A stretch of 64,000 bases of DNA, taken from Podarcis melisellensis. Its lineage: Eukaryota. This document shows, piece by piece, positions 58,901 through 64,000 of this stretch; position 1 is the first letter of the stretch, and each line of letters starts with the position of its first letter. The translations under genes were made by a program, and so were the position numbers. The notes under the pieces are model-generated. The model did no database searches. It was not told where the DNA came from and saw nothing but the letters and a program-made list of their open reading frames with translations. The stretch is taken from assembly GCA_964234715.1 (NCBI GenBank), contig OZ174292.1; one strand, given 5' to 3'.

Positions 58901-61730
58901 CAGCAAGTAAGCCTGAATAGGATAAAGCTATACCTTTTACAACTCTATGTTAGAATTAAGGGGTAACAGGAAAATAAATATGAGATGGAGAATGAATGAA
59001 AAGATCTTAAATGATGAAAAGATACTGAACAAAGCTCAAGATCTGCTAAAAGAATTCTTCAAAATAAATATGGCTCAGGAAACAGATAAGAGTGATATGG
59101 GACACAAGTAAGGCCTTCATAAGAGGATATTACATACAACAAAATGCCATACAAAAAAGAATTAAGAGAAATATCAAAATTTACTAGAATCCAAAACACC
59201 GTGGTGGGTGTCATCTCTGGAGGCAGTCTCAGTAAAAAAGAAAAACATGGAGAAAAACTGGGCTACATACAACCAACTACTAAAAGAAGAACATGGCCAA
59301 TTGAAACTGAAAACTTTTGAGGAAATTAAACAACATTGTACTGGTTGGAGGCAATACCATCAATTACACGATATATTTAATTTGGACAAAAAAATTGGCT
59401 TTGGAAAAGAAGAATCTAAACCACAAAAAGAACTATTACAAAACAAAAGGAAATTATTATCTAAAACCTATAATTTACTGTTTGAGTGGGAATTAAAAGA
59501 TGAGGAAATAAAGGAGGTGGGCCCAAGATTTTGGTTATAATATCCAGATGGAGCAATGGGAAAAATTGTGGAAGCAAGACATTAGATTTACTGCTTGCTA
59601 CACAATAAGAGAAAATCTGATAAAGATGATGTACAGGTGGTATATGACCCCCATCAGACTGGCCAAGATATACAGATTAAAATTAAATATGTGTTGGAGA
59701 TGTAGTAAGGCAGAAGGAACTATGTACCATCTATGGTGGAGATGCGGGAAAATAAAAAATACTGGAGTAGCATCCATGAAAAACTGAAAAAGATGTTTAA
59801 AACATCATTTGAGAAAAAGCCAGAAGCGTTCCTATTAGGTATAGTCTCAACAGACATCCCTGGAGATAAGAAAAGAAGTGTTTTTATATGCTATAGCTGC
59901 CACCAAAATACCAATAGTGAAAAATTGGAAAGGGGACATTGTTCCCTCAATAACAGAGTGGCAAAACAAGCTCTGTGAGTTTATAGAGTTGGCCAAAATG
60001 ACAGCAGCTATTAGATTNNNNNNNNNNNNNNNNNNNNNNNNNNNNNNNNNNNNNNNNNNNNNNNNNNNNNNNNNNNNNNNNNNNNNNNNNNNNNNNNNNN
60101 NNNNNNNNNNNNNNNNNNNNNNNNNNNNNNNNNNNNNNNNNNNNNNNNNNNNNNNNNNNNNNNNNNNNNNNNNNNNNNNNNNNNNNNNNNNNNNNNNNNN
60201 NNNNNNNNNNNNNNNNNTGTTGAAGTTCCAGCAGCAGCTGCTCATCATTGCAAACCTTAAGTTTGTCAATCAAGGCTCTGCAATCTGCAGGCTGAAAGGT
60301 GAAGAAACTGCATAAGGAACACTAATTGCTACACATTGATGGATGCTTCTTCATAAAAGAAAATGCTGGTAAGCAATGAGTTTTGTTGTTTTAAATTTTA
60401 AAAATCATTCACTTCTCTCCTCAGCCTAATGTGCACAAACATGTGATCCTACCAACAACAACTTGGGTGTTTCTGTGTTTATATTTATAGAAAACAAAAT
60501 GCTCCCAAATTTCTACCTTTTCCCATTGTGTGACGCTTAAACAGTCAGATATGTAATATCAAAAAGCAGCACTTCACTGTCTGCACTAAATGAGTTGCTA
60601 AACTCAATTAAGGGGTACACTGAGTTGCAATCTACTACAGGATACTGATCAAAGAACACAGCCTTCATTCTATTTCTTTTGGAATCCATTTTTGTAGGAG
60701 TAATGATCTAAATTAGAAACCAATTTCTATAGCTTCTGAGATACTGGCAATCATAACCTGCCAAGTGGAAGAAAGTTCGTTTATTTCTAGCACACAGTGA
60801 TCTCCAGTTTCTCCCATTTATCTTCACATTTGCTGCTAAGGAACATGCACTCAGTAAAACACAGATGGGGAACTTGCCGTTTTGAAGACGCTTGCAGCAC
60901 CCAATCTCATTTTATGCACACACTCATTCTTCCTGAAGCTACCTCACTCTTGAAATCCCAGAATCCTGTTTACTTCCTAATTTTTCCGGGCTTTAAACTC
61001 CCCTTCCCTCTCTTCCTCCTCTATGTAGTTTCAGAGCCATTGGGTGGTATTTTATTTGATAGAAACAAACTGATTGTTTCTATCAAATAAAACTTTTTGT
61101 ATGGCTTACAAAAAACAAGTTTCTCCCCAACTGTCTGAAAACAAATGGTAGTTTTCTGGAGTATGTGTGTGTCCATATCACACAGAGGCAGAAAGGAACT
61201 GCTTTTACTGTCTTTGCTTTCTAGAACAGTAGCTATATTGATCTGTTGTATGAAAAAACTCTTGAATCCTTATCTGAGAGTAATCTCACCAAAGGTAGTG
61301 ATGCTTACTCATGAGTAGATTTGCATAGGATTAGGAATTCTCACGTGAGGTGGCCATGTAATAATTGAACCAGGCAGGGCAGTCTTTATTTCAGTTTAGT
61401 TAATGGAACACAGAGGGTTTTTTCTGTCTGTGCTCATCACTGTGTATGGCTCTACCCACTAAAAGCATGGACCCCCTCCCAAAAGATTACCCTTGAGGGA
61501 ATGCAGCCTACAACGGATTGACTATTCCAGCAATAAACTATCACACAACCCAAGACATTCAAAACTGGAATGTCAGAAATGCACTGCTGTAGATACAGTC
61601 AAATCTGTAATCTCCTTGATCCCATTGCAGTATATTCTCACACTTTTACTATGATGAGCTCAAGGTAAGAAGAGGTGATACTTACAGCCTCTGTAGGTGT
61701 TTTCTTCAGCTTAGTTCGGTCCACTTTCAT
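1117..61730 (-). CDS. HUWE1: HUWE1 E3 ubiquitin ligase, multi-exon CDS span (65 coding exons in window; C-terminal/HECT part continues left of the window)
   Basis: Exon translations follow vertebrate HUWE1 in order ([15 protein letters not shown]...[11 protein letters not shown]); AG/GT(GC) boundaries and phases are consistent. Confidence 0.98.
2643..2745 (-). CDS. HUWE1: HUWE1 coding exon 64
   Basis: [34 protein letters not shown], 103 nt. Confidence 0.94.
2843..3131 (-). CDS. HUWE1: HUWE1 coding exon 63 (UBM)
   Basis: [14 protein letters not shown]...[19 protein letters not shown]...AILRSP, 289 nt. Confidence 0.95.
3861..4084 (-). CDS. HUWE1: HUWE1 coding exon 62 (UBM repeats)
   Basis: [25 protein letters not shown]...[13 protein letters not shown], 224 nt. 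Confidence 0.95.
4184..4317 (-). CDS. HUWE1: HUWE1 coding exon 61
   Basis: [26 protein letters not shown]...EEEDPLA, 134 nt. Confidence 0.93.
4408..4666 (-). CDS. HUWE1: HUWE1 coding exon 60
   Basis: [27 protein letters not shown]...QVDD, 259 nt. Confidence 0.92.
5224..5782 (-). mobile_element. 5'-truncated L1-clade LINE (ORF2 C-terminus, 3' UTR, A-rich tail)
   Basis: 15-bp TSD AAATATATGCACTTT at 5209-5223 and 5783-5797; [12 protein letters not shown]...W.PFITY resembles L1 ORF2 end; AATAAA then A-rich tail. Confidence 0.8.
5928..6206 (-). CDS. HUWE1: HUWE1 coding exon 59
   Basis: [10 protein letters not shown]...QLLMPVE...[10 protein letters not shown], 279 nt. Confidence 0.92.
6368..6446 (-). 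ncRNA. MIR98: pre-miR-98 (let-7 family microRNA hairpin)
   Basis: 5p 6446-6425 = UGAGGUAGUAAGUUGUAUUGUU; 3p 6389-6368 = CUAUACAACUUACUACUUUCCC; arms are complementary; HUWE1 is the known host gene. Confidence 0.97.
6819..6890 (-). ncRNA. MIRLET7F2: pre-let-7f-2 microRNA hairpin
   Basis: 5p 6890-6869 = UGAGGUAGUAGAUUGUAUAGUU (let-7f); 3p 6840-6819 = CUAUACAAUCUACUGUCUUUCC; loop carries GGAG; lies upstream of miR-98 in a HUWE1 intron. Confidence 0.97.
6977..7022 (-). CDS. HUWE1: HUWE1 coding exon 58 (immediately upstream of the miRNA-hosting intron)
   Basis: [15 protein letters not shown], 46 nt, phase 0-1 fits neighbours. Confidence 0.88.
7162..7392. mobile_element. Tc1/mariner-type non-autonomous element (MITE), right end degraded
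   Basis: TA|CAGTGGTACCTC... terminus; internal sequence closely matches the copy at 61953-62184. Confidence 0.75.
8024..8247. mobile_element. Tc1/mariner-type MITE
   Basis: TA|CAGTGG...GACTG|TA termini; right end shared with the 61953-62184 family. Confidence 0.7.
8989..9140 (-). CDS. HUWE1: HUWE1 coding exon 57
   Basis: [24 protein letters not shown]...EQNAQ, 152 nt. Confidence 0.94.
9230..9319 (-). CDS. HUWE1: HUWE1 coding exon 56
   Basis: [30 protein letters not shown], 90 nt. Confidence 0.95.
9830..10008 (-). CDS. HUWE1: HUWE1 coding exon 55 (GC donor)
   Basis: [16 protein letters not shown]...TATSQA; donor CAG|GCAAGT. Confidence 0.92.
10210..10438 (-). CDS. HUWE1: HUWE1 coding exon 54
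   Basis: [23 protein letters not shown]...PPLILQR, 229 nt. Confidence 0.94.
10888..11059 (-). CDS. HUWE1: HUWE1 coding exon 53 (acidic tract)
   Basis: DDEEGEEG...[33 protein letters not shown], 172 nt. Confidence 0.93.
11402..11535 (-). CDS. HUWE1: HUWE1 coding exon 52 (acidic tract)
   Basis: [19 protein letters not shown]...EDDQ, 134 nt. Confidence 0.94.
11835..11933 (-). CDS. HUWE1: HUWE1 coding exon 51
   Basis: [33 protein letters not shown], 99 nt. Confidence 0.94.
12446..12521 (-). CDS. HUWE1: HUWE1 coding exon 50
   Basis: [25 protein letters not shown], 76 nt. Confidence 0.94.
12952..13100 (-). CDS. HUWE1: HUWE1 coding exon 49
   Basis: [15 protein letters not shown]...STQEMQ, 149 nt. 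Confidence 0.93.
13317..13489 (-). CDS. HUWE1: HUWE1 coding exon 48
   Basis: [19 protein letters not shown]...GQQDA, 173 nt, AAG acceptor. Confidence 0.93.
13812..13994 (-). CDS. HUWE1: HUWE1 coding exon 47
   Basis: [16 protein letters not shown]...PHSLDLS, 183 nt. Confidence 0.95.
14287..14527. mobile_element. Tc1/mariner-type MITE
   Basis: TA|CAGTCGTACCTTGG...CCAAGATACGACGG|TA imperfect TIRs. Confidence 0.72.
14661..14872 (-). CDS. HUWE1: HUWE1 coding exon 46
   Basis: [17 protein letters not shown]...STEKHAR, 212 nt. Confidence 0.95.
15084..15298 (-). CDS. HUWE1: HUWE1 coding exon 45
   Basis: [14 protein letters not shown]...GQSELIKE, 215 nt. Confidence 0.95.
15613..15679 (-). CDS. HUWE1: HUWE1 coding exon 44
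   Basis: [22 protein letters not shown], 67 nt. Confidence 0.9.
16048..16193 (-). CDS. HUWE1: HUWE1 coding exon 43 (BH3 motif)
   Basis: [36 protein letters not shown]...FGIN; CAGCAG acceptor. Confidence 0.93.
16544..16711 (-). CDS. HUWE1: HUWE1 coding exon 42
   Basis: [18 protein letters not shown]...YHAPDE, 168 nt, AAG acceptor. Confidence 0.93.
16986..17181 (-). CDS. HUWE1: HUWE1 coding exon 41
   Basis: [16 protein letters not shown]...PRGSGT, 196 nt. Confidence 0.95.
17406..17764 (-). CDS. HUWE1: HUWE1 coding exon 40
   Basis: DSPASTES...[19 protein letters not shown]...HHTMEK, 359 nt. Confidence 0.94.
17855..18014 (-). CDS. HUWE1: HUWE1 coding exon 39 (end of WWE)
   Basis: [20 protein letters not shown]...EEKAN, 160 nt. 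Confidence 0.94.
18110..18286 (-). CDS. HUWE1: HUWE1 coding exon 38 (WWE domain)
   Basis: [22 protein letters not shown]...TTMVQ, 177 nt. Confidence 0.96.
18552..18633 (-). CDS. HUWE1: HUWE1 coding exon 37
   Basis: [27 protein letters not shown], 82 nt. Confidence 0.94.
18975..19102 (-). CDS. HUWE1: HUWE1 coding exon 36
   Basis: [21 protein letters not shown]...EVQTP, 128 nt. Confidence 0.94.
19325..19430 (+). mobile_element. L2 LINE 3' end fragment
   Basis: GCTGCCCACACTGGCTGGGGAACCCCAGCCAGATGGG stem-loop plus TAA-rich tail, same family as 27735-28084. Confidence 0.6.
19648..19686. repeat. (TG)n microsatellite
   Basis: Perfect TG run. Confidence 0.95.
20125..20277 (-). CDS. HUWE1: HUWE1 coding exon 35
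   Basis: [15 protein letters not shown]...LTLLFE, 153 nt. Confidence 0.95.
20639..21118. mobile_element. Tigger/pogo-like non-autonomous DNA element
   Basis: CAGGTATCCCCCACTTA... left end and ...GAGGAGTCGCCTG|TA right end, imperfect TIR. Confidence 0.5.
21581..21850 (-). CDS. HUWE1: HUWE1 coding exon 34
   Basis: [16 protein letters not shown]...LKQVVNQ, 270 nt. Confidence 0.95.
22145..22240 (-). CDS. HUWE1: HUWE1 coding exon 33 (UIM)
   Basis: [32 protein letters not shown], 96 nt. Confidence 0.95.
22527..22649 (-). CDS. HUWE1: HUWE1 coding exon 32 (UBA domain)
   Basis: [41 protein letters not shown]; MGF UBA motif. Confidence 0.95.
22788..23018 (-). CDS. HUWE1: HUWE1 coding exon 31
   Basis: [20 protein letters not shown]...QQQLQQ, 231 nt. 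Confidence 0.95.
23478..23712 (-). CDS. HUWE1: HUWE1 coding exon 30
   Basis: [13 protein letters not shown]...FLVVTQK, 235 nt. Confidence 0.95.
24068..24190 (-). CDS. HUWE1: HUWE1 coding exon 29
   Basis: [24 protein letters not shown]...NALFE, 123 nt. Confidence 0.95.
24368..24584 (-). CDS. HUWE1: HUWE1 coding exon 28
   Basis: [24 protein letters not shown]...TPTPRFR, 217 nt. Confidence 0.95.
24733..27080 (-). mobile_element. CR1 LINE remnant (endonuclease to RT fragments and 3' tail), sense to HUWE1
   Basis: Frameshifted ORF2 pieces ([51 protein letters not shown]); TTCTATGAT-type 3' tail near 24745. Confidence 0.9.
25603..25634. repeat. (TC)n microsatellite inside CR1
   Basis: Perfect TC run. 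Confidence 0.9.
27516..27710 (-). CDS. HUWE1: HUWE1 coding exon 27
   Basis: [22 protein letters not shown]...KQIKPLLS, 195 nt. Confidence 0.93.
27735..28084 (+). mobile_element. L2 LINE 3' end with (TTA)n tail
   Basis: [15 protein letters not shown]...[11 protein letters not shown]2 ORF2 C-terminus; 3' stem-loop; candidate TSD TTAAATTA at 27727-27734 and 28085-28092. Confidence 0.85.
28926..28960. repeat. (CA)n microsatellite
   Basis: Perfect CA run. Confidence 0.95.
29003..29120 (-). mobile_element. L2 LINE 3' end fragment
   Basis: Reverse-complement match to the 3' end of 27735-28084 with (TTA)n tail. Confidence 0.75.
29527..29627 (-). CDS. HUWE1: HUWE1 coding exon 26
   Basis: [22 protein letters not shown]...GAKKA, 101 nt. 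Confidence 0.93.
30315..30448 (-). CDS. HUWE1: HUWE1 coding exon 25
   Basis: [20 protein letters not shown]...SLCTPN, 134 nt. Confidence 0.94.
30558..30803 (-). CDS. HUWE1: HUWE1 coding exon 24
   Basis: [18 protein letters not shown]...HTCRVGQ, 246 nt. Confidence 0.95.
31455..31630 (-). mobile_element. L2 LINE 3' end fragment (older)
   Basis: CCCATCTGACTGGG...CCACTCTGGGCGGCTTCCA...CTGCCTTCAGGTGTCT matches the same family. Confidence 0.7.
34413..34589 (-). CDS. HUWE1: HUWE1 coding exon 23
   Basis: [20 protein letters not shown]...VCKSIL, 177 nt. Confidence 0.95.
35235..35530. mobile_element. hAT-type MITE, right end truncated
   Basis: CAGGGGTCAGCAAC... left TIR and ...TTGCTGAC partial right TIR; termini like 39022 and 63403. 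Confidence 0.6.
35587..35644 (-). CDS. HUWE1: HUWE1 coding exon 22
   Basis: [19 protein letters not shown], 58 nt. Confidence 0.93.
37662..37790. mobile_element. Short palindromic hAT-like MITE
   Basis: CAGG...GGAACCTGTGGC / GCCACAGGTTTCC...CCTG termini; related fragments near 14130-14250, 19500-19590, 25930-25990, 51625-51670. Confidence 0.55.
39022..39210. mobile_element. hAT MITE
   Basis: CAGGGGTAGGCAACC...GGTTGATGACCCCTG TIRs; 8-bp TSD GTATAATA / GTGTAATA. Confidence 0.85.
40284..40495 (-). CDS. HUWE1: HUWE1 coding exon 21
   Basis: [19 protein letters not shown]...EAESSQ, 212 nt. Confidence 0.95.
40700..40791 (-). CDS. HUWE1: HUWE1 coding exon 20
   Basis: [31 protein letters not shown], 92 nt. 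Confidence 0.95.
42688..42758 (-). mobile_element. Short CR1 fragment
   Basis: Matches 24985-25053 (CATGTGACAGCCCTT...TTGAAGATGGCTATC). Confidence 0.6.
42832..43009 (-). CDS. HUWE1: HUWE1 coding exon 19
   Basis: [24 protein letters not shown]...RRRRSSDPL, 178 nt. Confidence 0.95.
43911..44273 (-). mobile_element. Sauria SINE, full length
   Basis: 5' GGGACGCGGGTGGCGCTGTGGG tRNA-like head with B box GGTTTGAATCC, ACCTTT-type tail; 13-bp TSD TGGAATGCAAAAT at 43898-43910 and 44276-44288. Confidence 0.9.
44394..44500 (-). CDS. HUWE1: HUWE1 coding exon 18
   Basis: [16 protein letters not shown]...LLIKD, 107 nt. Confidence 0.95.
44708..44788 (-). CDS. HUWE1: HUWE1 coding exon 17
   Basis: [27 protein letters not shown], 81 nt. 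Confidence 0.95.
45349..45421 (+). mobile_element. Short polyadenylated retro-insertion of unknown source
   Basis: 19-bp direct repeat AAAGAAAGCTAATGAATTC at 45330-45348 and 45422-45440 flanking about 52 nt plus an A-rich tail. Confidence 0.7.
45647..45748 (-). CDS. HUWE1: HUWE1 coding exon 16
   Basis: [34 protein letters not shown], 102 nt. Confidence 0.95.
45842..45994 (-). CDS. HUWE1: HUWE1 coding exon 15, probable alternative (cassette) Ser-rich exon
   Basis: TCTCTAG|...|GTATGT, 153 nt, phase 1-1, open: [51 protein letters not shown]. Confidence 0.8.
46762..46873 (-). CDS. HUWE1: HUWE1 coding exon 14
   Basis: [21 protein letters not shown]...EMETDIE, 112 nt. Confidence 0.93.
47054..47194 (-). 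CDS. HUWE1: HUWE1 coding exon 13
   Basis: [20 protein letters not shown]...IYRLE, 141 nt. Confidence 0.95.
47497..47711. mobile_element. hAT MITE nested in an older CR1-like fragment
   Basis: Perfect 8-bp TSD AGTAACCA (47489-47496, 47712-47719); imperfect TIRs CAGGGGTGCCATAT / ATACGGTAATCCTA. Confidence 0.78.
47933..48429. mobile_element. hAT MITE
   Basis: Perfect 8-bp TSD CTCTACAC (47925-47932, 48430-48437); right TIR GGACATCCCTG, left TIR partly deleted. Confidence 0.8.
49129..49256 (-). CDS. HUWE1: HUWE1 coding exon 12
   Basis: [21 protein letters not shown]...EALLK, 128 nt. Confidence 0.95.
49338..49488 (-). CDS. HUWE1: HUWE1 coding exon 11 (GC donor)
   Basis: [21 protein letters not shown]...CIQAMI; donor G|GCAAGT. 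Confidence 0.92.
49761..49861 (-). CDS. HUWE1: HUWE1 coding exon 10
   Basis: (V)[16 protein letters not shown]...DKQLM, 101 nt. Confidence 0.95.
50017..50522. mobile_element. hAT MITE, GC-rich, probably recent
   Basis: TIRs CAGGGGCGCCGACT / AGTCGGCGCCTATG; perfect 8-bp TSD AAGCTATG (50009-50016, 50523-50530). Confidence 0.88.
50678..50927 (-). mobile_element. tRNA-derived SINE with L2-like tail (Squam3-like)
   Basis: Head GAGCCAGTGTGGTGTAGTGG (A box)...GGGTTCGCGTCTCC (B box); (TCT)n tail. Confidence 0.75.
52303..52402 (-). CDS. HUWE1: HUWE1 coding exon 9
   Basis: [16 protein letters not shown]...HAISIL, 100 nt. Confidence 0.95.
53089..53157 (-). CDS. HUWE1: HUWE1 coding exon 8
   Basis: [23 protein letters not shown], 69 nt. 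Confidence 0.93.
53251..53298 (-). CDS. HUWE1: HUWE1 coding exon 7
   Basis: [16 protein letters not shown], 48 nt. Confidence 0.93.
54269..54346 (-). CDS. HUWE1: HUWE1 coding exon 6
   Basis: [26 protein letters not shown], 78 nt. Confidence 0.95.
55855..55917 (-). CDS. HUWE1: HUWE1 coding exon 5
   Basis: [21 protein letters not shown], 63 nt. Confidence 0.95.
57791..57943 (-). CDS. HUWE1: HUWE1 coding exon 4
   Basis: [12 protein letters not shown]...LQHLAE, 153 nt. Confidence 0.95.
58060..58291 (+). mobile_element. Degraded tRNA-derived SINE (MIR/Squam-like)
   Basis: Decayed A/B boxes, CAATATGGGG core-like segment, TATGTAAA...AAGTATT tail. Confidence 0.45.
58469..58675 (-). CDS. HUWE1: HUWE1 coding exon 3
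   Basis: [15 protein letters not shown]...HLYSSIE, 207 nt, AG/GT. Confidence 0.95.
58975..60017 (+). mobile_element. L1-clade LINE remnant, internally deleted, running into the assembly gap
   Basis: WRMNEKIL...[10 protein letters not shown] (post-endonuclease), then post-RT sequence and zinc knuckle CWRC-x8-H-x4-C; frameshifts. Confidence 0.85.
60018..60217. other. Assembly gap (200 N)
   Basis: Run of N. Confidence 1.
60218..60291 (-). CDS. HUWE1: HUWE1 coding exon 2 (3' end lost in N gap)
   Basis: TTTCAG|[24 protein letters not shown], then Ns. Confidence 0.9.
61686..61730 (-). CDS. HUWE1: HUWE1 coding exon 1 (start codon)
   Basis: [15 protein letters not shown], donor GCT|GTAAG; likely acceptor about 26 nt upstream of the ATG. 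Confidence 0.93.
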
Positions 61731-61952
61731 TTTTATTAGTTTTCCGCTTCCTGGTCCTGCTTGGTAAAAAAAAAAAATGACAGAGTTGACTGCCAACAGG
61801 ACATATTTTAATCAGTTAACAAACAAGTGACAGTGCAAAAGAACAAAGGTAGCCTAAAAAGCTCAAACTACACAGAATGGGGGGCAGTCTTAGATAAACA
61901 TAAGGAATCAAAAGCAATTTCTGAGGTTGAATGTATACCAAAGACCCCTATA

Positions 61953-62184
61953 CAGTGGCACCTAGGGTTAAGTACTTAATTTGTTCTGGAGGTCCGTTCT
62001 TAACTGTTCCTAACCTGAAGCACCACTTTAGCTAATGGGGCCTCCCACTGTTGCGCCGCCAGAGGACGATTTCTGTTCTCATCCTGAAGCAAAGTTCTTA
62101 ACCCGAGGTACTATTTCTGGGTTAGCGGAGTCTGTAACCTGAAGCATCTGTAACCTGAAGCGTATGTAACCCAACGTACCACTG
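61953..62184. mobile_element. Tc1/mariner-type MITE, complete
   Basis: TA|CAGTGGCACC...GTACCACTG|TA. Confidence 0.85.
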
Positions 62185-63402
62185 TACTAAGCTTCCACTG
62201 CTCACATGAATGCTTCATTAGCACACAAGGCTACCAAAATACTTCCTGCTTTATTCTGATTTCATTGTAGGCACATCTTTGTTGCACATCTCTCAAATTT
62301 GCTACTACTACAGATTCATGCTGGAATCATACAAACAGGTTGGTAGCCACATTTTGGAAATCAGGACAATAGCTGCGGACTACTGAGGTTTTTTTTCCAC
62401 CCACCCCAAAAGGAAAAGGCTTCTATTCTCTTAACACATTTAATCCTTAGACCAAGATACTGTCCCCAGTTACCCTAAATATTGCATACCGGTTGTGGGA
62501 CAGCAATAAGAGGCACAAACTGGGGGGGGGGGGGCGACGACGAGTAAAGCTACCAAGAAACTGAAAGGTTGTTGCAGAGGAAAATCTATTCCAATAGAGA
62601 AGGACAGTAAGGCACAGGGTTGAACAAAGAACAAACAAATAGCATTGTAGAATTGGAAGGGACCCCAAGGGTCATGCACAAGTTCAAGTAGGGACTGATC
62701 AGAGCCTGCTCAATTTGATTCCACTGGAATTTACTTTAGGTGTCAGCATTAATGTCTTAAACTGCCAAGAAGAGAAAGAAATACTGAAAAACATATCTAA
62801 CTGTATTTAATAGTATATAGAGTACCTATGCCACAAAAATATGAATACATTCTCATTTCACTGGCAAGCCAGATCAAATTAAGAAAGACCTTGCTGACAA
62901 ATATACAGAAAGAGAACCTACCCAAATGATGCTGACATAAAAACCTCACACTTATACAAAGCTGGAAAAATGAAAAAATGGTGTGCAACTTTATCATCCA
63001 CCCTCTCCCCCTACCTCTGGAGACCATATTGTCTTACACTGAACGTAACCAAAAGACTTAAAATATGAACATAAAGAACAGATGTTGCACGTTCTTTTGT
63101 ATTTCATTTTTAAAAAGTTAATTTTTTTAAGACCTTCTGGTGGAGAATCAGTTCAGTACCGCAAAAAAAAAGGTTTTCTGGAAGTATGCTCCTCGCTTAT
63201 CCCATAAAGCCAAGTCAGCAGTTAAGATACACAACTAAAATCCCTAAGTTTATAAGAGACTGTGTTCCATGGTCTAAAAACAATGGCAGGTGAAACAGGT
63301 GATAATACTAAGGAACTCACTACCACAGGCTTCGGCCTCAGCTGAACATGCCAGGAAGTGATGCAGCATGACCAGAAACTGACTAATCGGAACAGCTTAA
63401 AA

Positions 63403-63646
63403 CATGGGTAGGATCCAGGGGCTGGATCCAGCCCAACTGCCTTCTCAATCCAGCCCGCTGACAGTCCGGGAATCAGTGTATTTTTACATGAGTAGAATGT
63501 GTCCTTTTCTTTAAAATCCATCTCTGGGTTATTTGTGGGGCATAGGAATTTGGTCATTCCCCCCCCCAAAAAAATATAGTCCGGCCCGCCACAAGGTCTG
63601 AGGGAAAGTGGACCAGCCCCCTGCTGAAAAAGTTTGCTGACCCCTG
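63403..63646. mobile_element. hAT MITE (same family as 39022-39210)
   Basis: Shared internal sequence; right TIR TTTGCTGACCCCTG; GCTTAAAA repeated at both flanks. Confidence 0.8.
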
Positions 63647-63758
63647 GGCTTAAAAGGTGTGTTGCATGTTCCTTCTAGCCTGGCCAAAGAATACAGGGGG
63701 GTGCTGCACTCTCCACTAGCACAGCTTATTAGATGCCTCTCCTTTACTTTCTCTAGTA

Positions 63759-63952
63759 CAGTGGTGCCTCGCAAGACGAAAATAATTCGTTCCGCGAGTC
63801 TCTTCGTCTAGAGGGTTTTTCATCTTGCGAAGCACGGCCATTAGCAGCTTAGCTGCTATTAGCGGCTTAGAAAAAGGGGGGGAGGGGAAAACTCGCGAGA
63901 CGTTTTCATCTTGCGAAGCAAGCCCATAGGGAAATTCGTCTTGCGAAGCACC
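63759..63952. mobile_element. Tc1/mariner-type MITE
   Basis: TA|CAGTGGTGCCTCGCAAGACGAA left TIR; TTCGTCTTGCGAAGCACC partial right TIR. Confidence 0.75.
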
Positions 63953-64000
63953 TTGGAAAGATCAGTTCCCATGCAATATTTTCCGTCACTTCATGCTATC

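Noticed and set aside
59847-60315. ORFs spanning the N run
   Set aside because: Artefacts of translating through the gap
61757-64000. HUWE1 promoter or 5' UTR exons
   Set aside because: No CpG island or convincing exon seen; upstream exons probably lie beyond the window

Overview
Vertebrate genomic DNA, not prokaryotic. The repeat content (Sauria SINE, L2, CR1, L1, hAT and Tc1/mariner MITEs) points to a squamate, probably a lacertid lizard. The whole window lies in the minus-strand gene HUWE1 (HECT/UBA/WWE E3 ubiquitin ligase, Mule/ARF-BP1). I traced 65 coding exons by hand, from the ATG (61730) to the exon ending ...TLIQLAK (1117). That is roughly the first 3,400 residues, including the ARM-like repeats, UBA, UIM, WWE, BH3, acidic tract and UBM repeats. 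The HECT domain lies beyond the left edge. Splice phases are consistent throughout, apart from exon 2, whose 3' end is lost in a 200-N assembly gap. The 770-nt intron 6207-6976 hosts the let-7f-2 / miR-98 microRNA cluster in the host-gene sense, which the ORF track does not show. Other points: a 153-nt symmetric Ser-rich exon missing from the canonical human protein; two GC-AG introns; tandem acceptors; a candidate 28-nt poison micro-exon carrying a perfect let-7 8mer site (speculative); a 73-nt poly(A) retro-insert of unknown origin with a 19-bp TSD; and many TE insertions with intact TSDs. I cannot support a new biological system here; the most novel items are testable hypotheses. Comparisons with human HUWE1 and miRNA sequences are from memory, not from a search.
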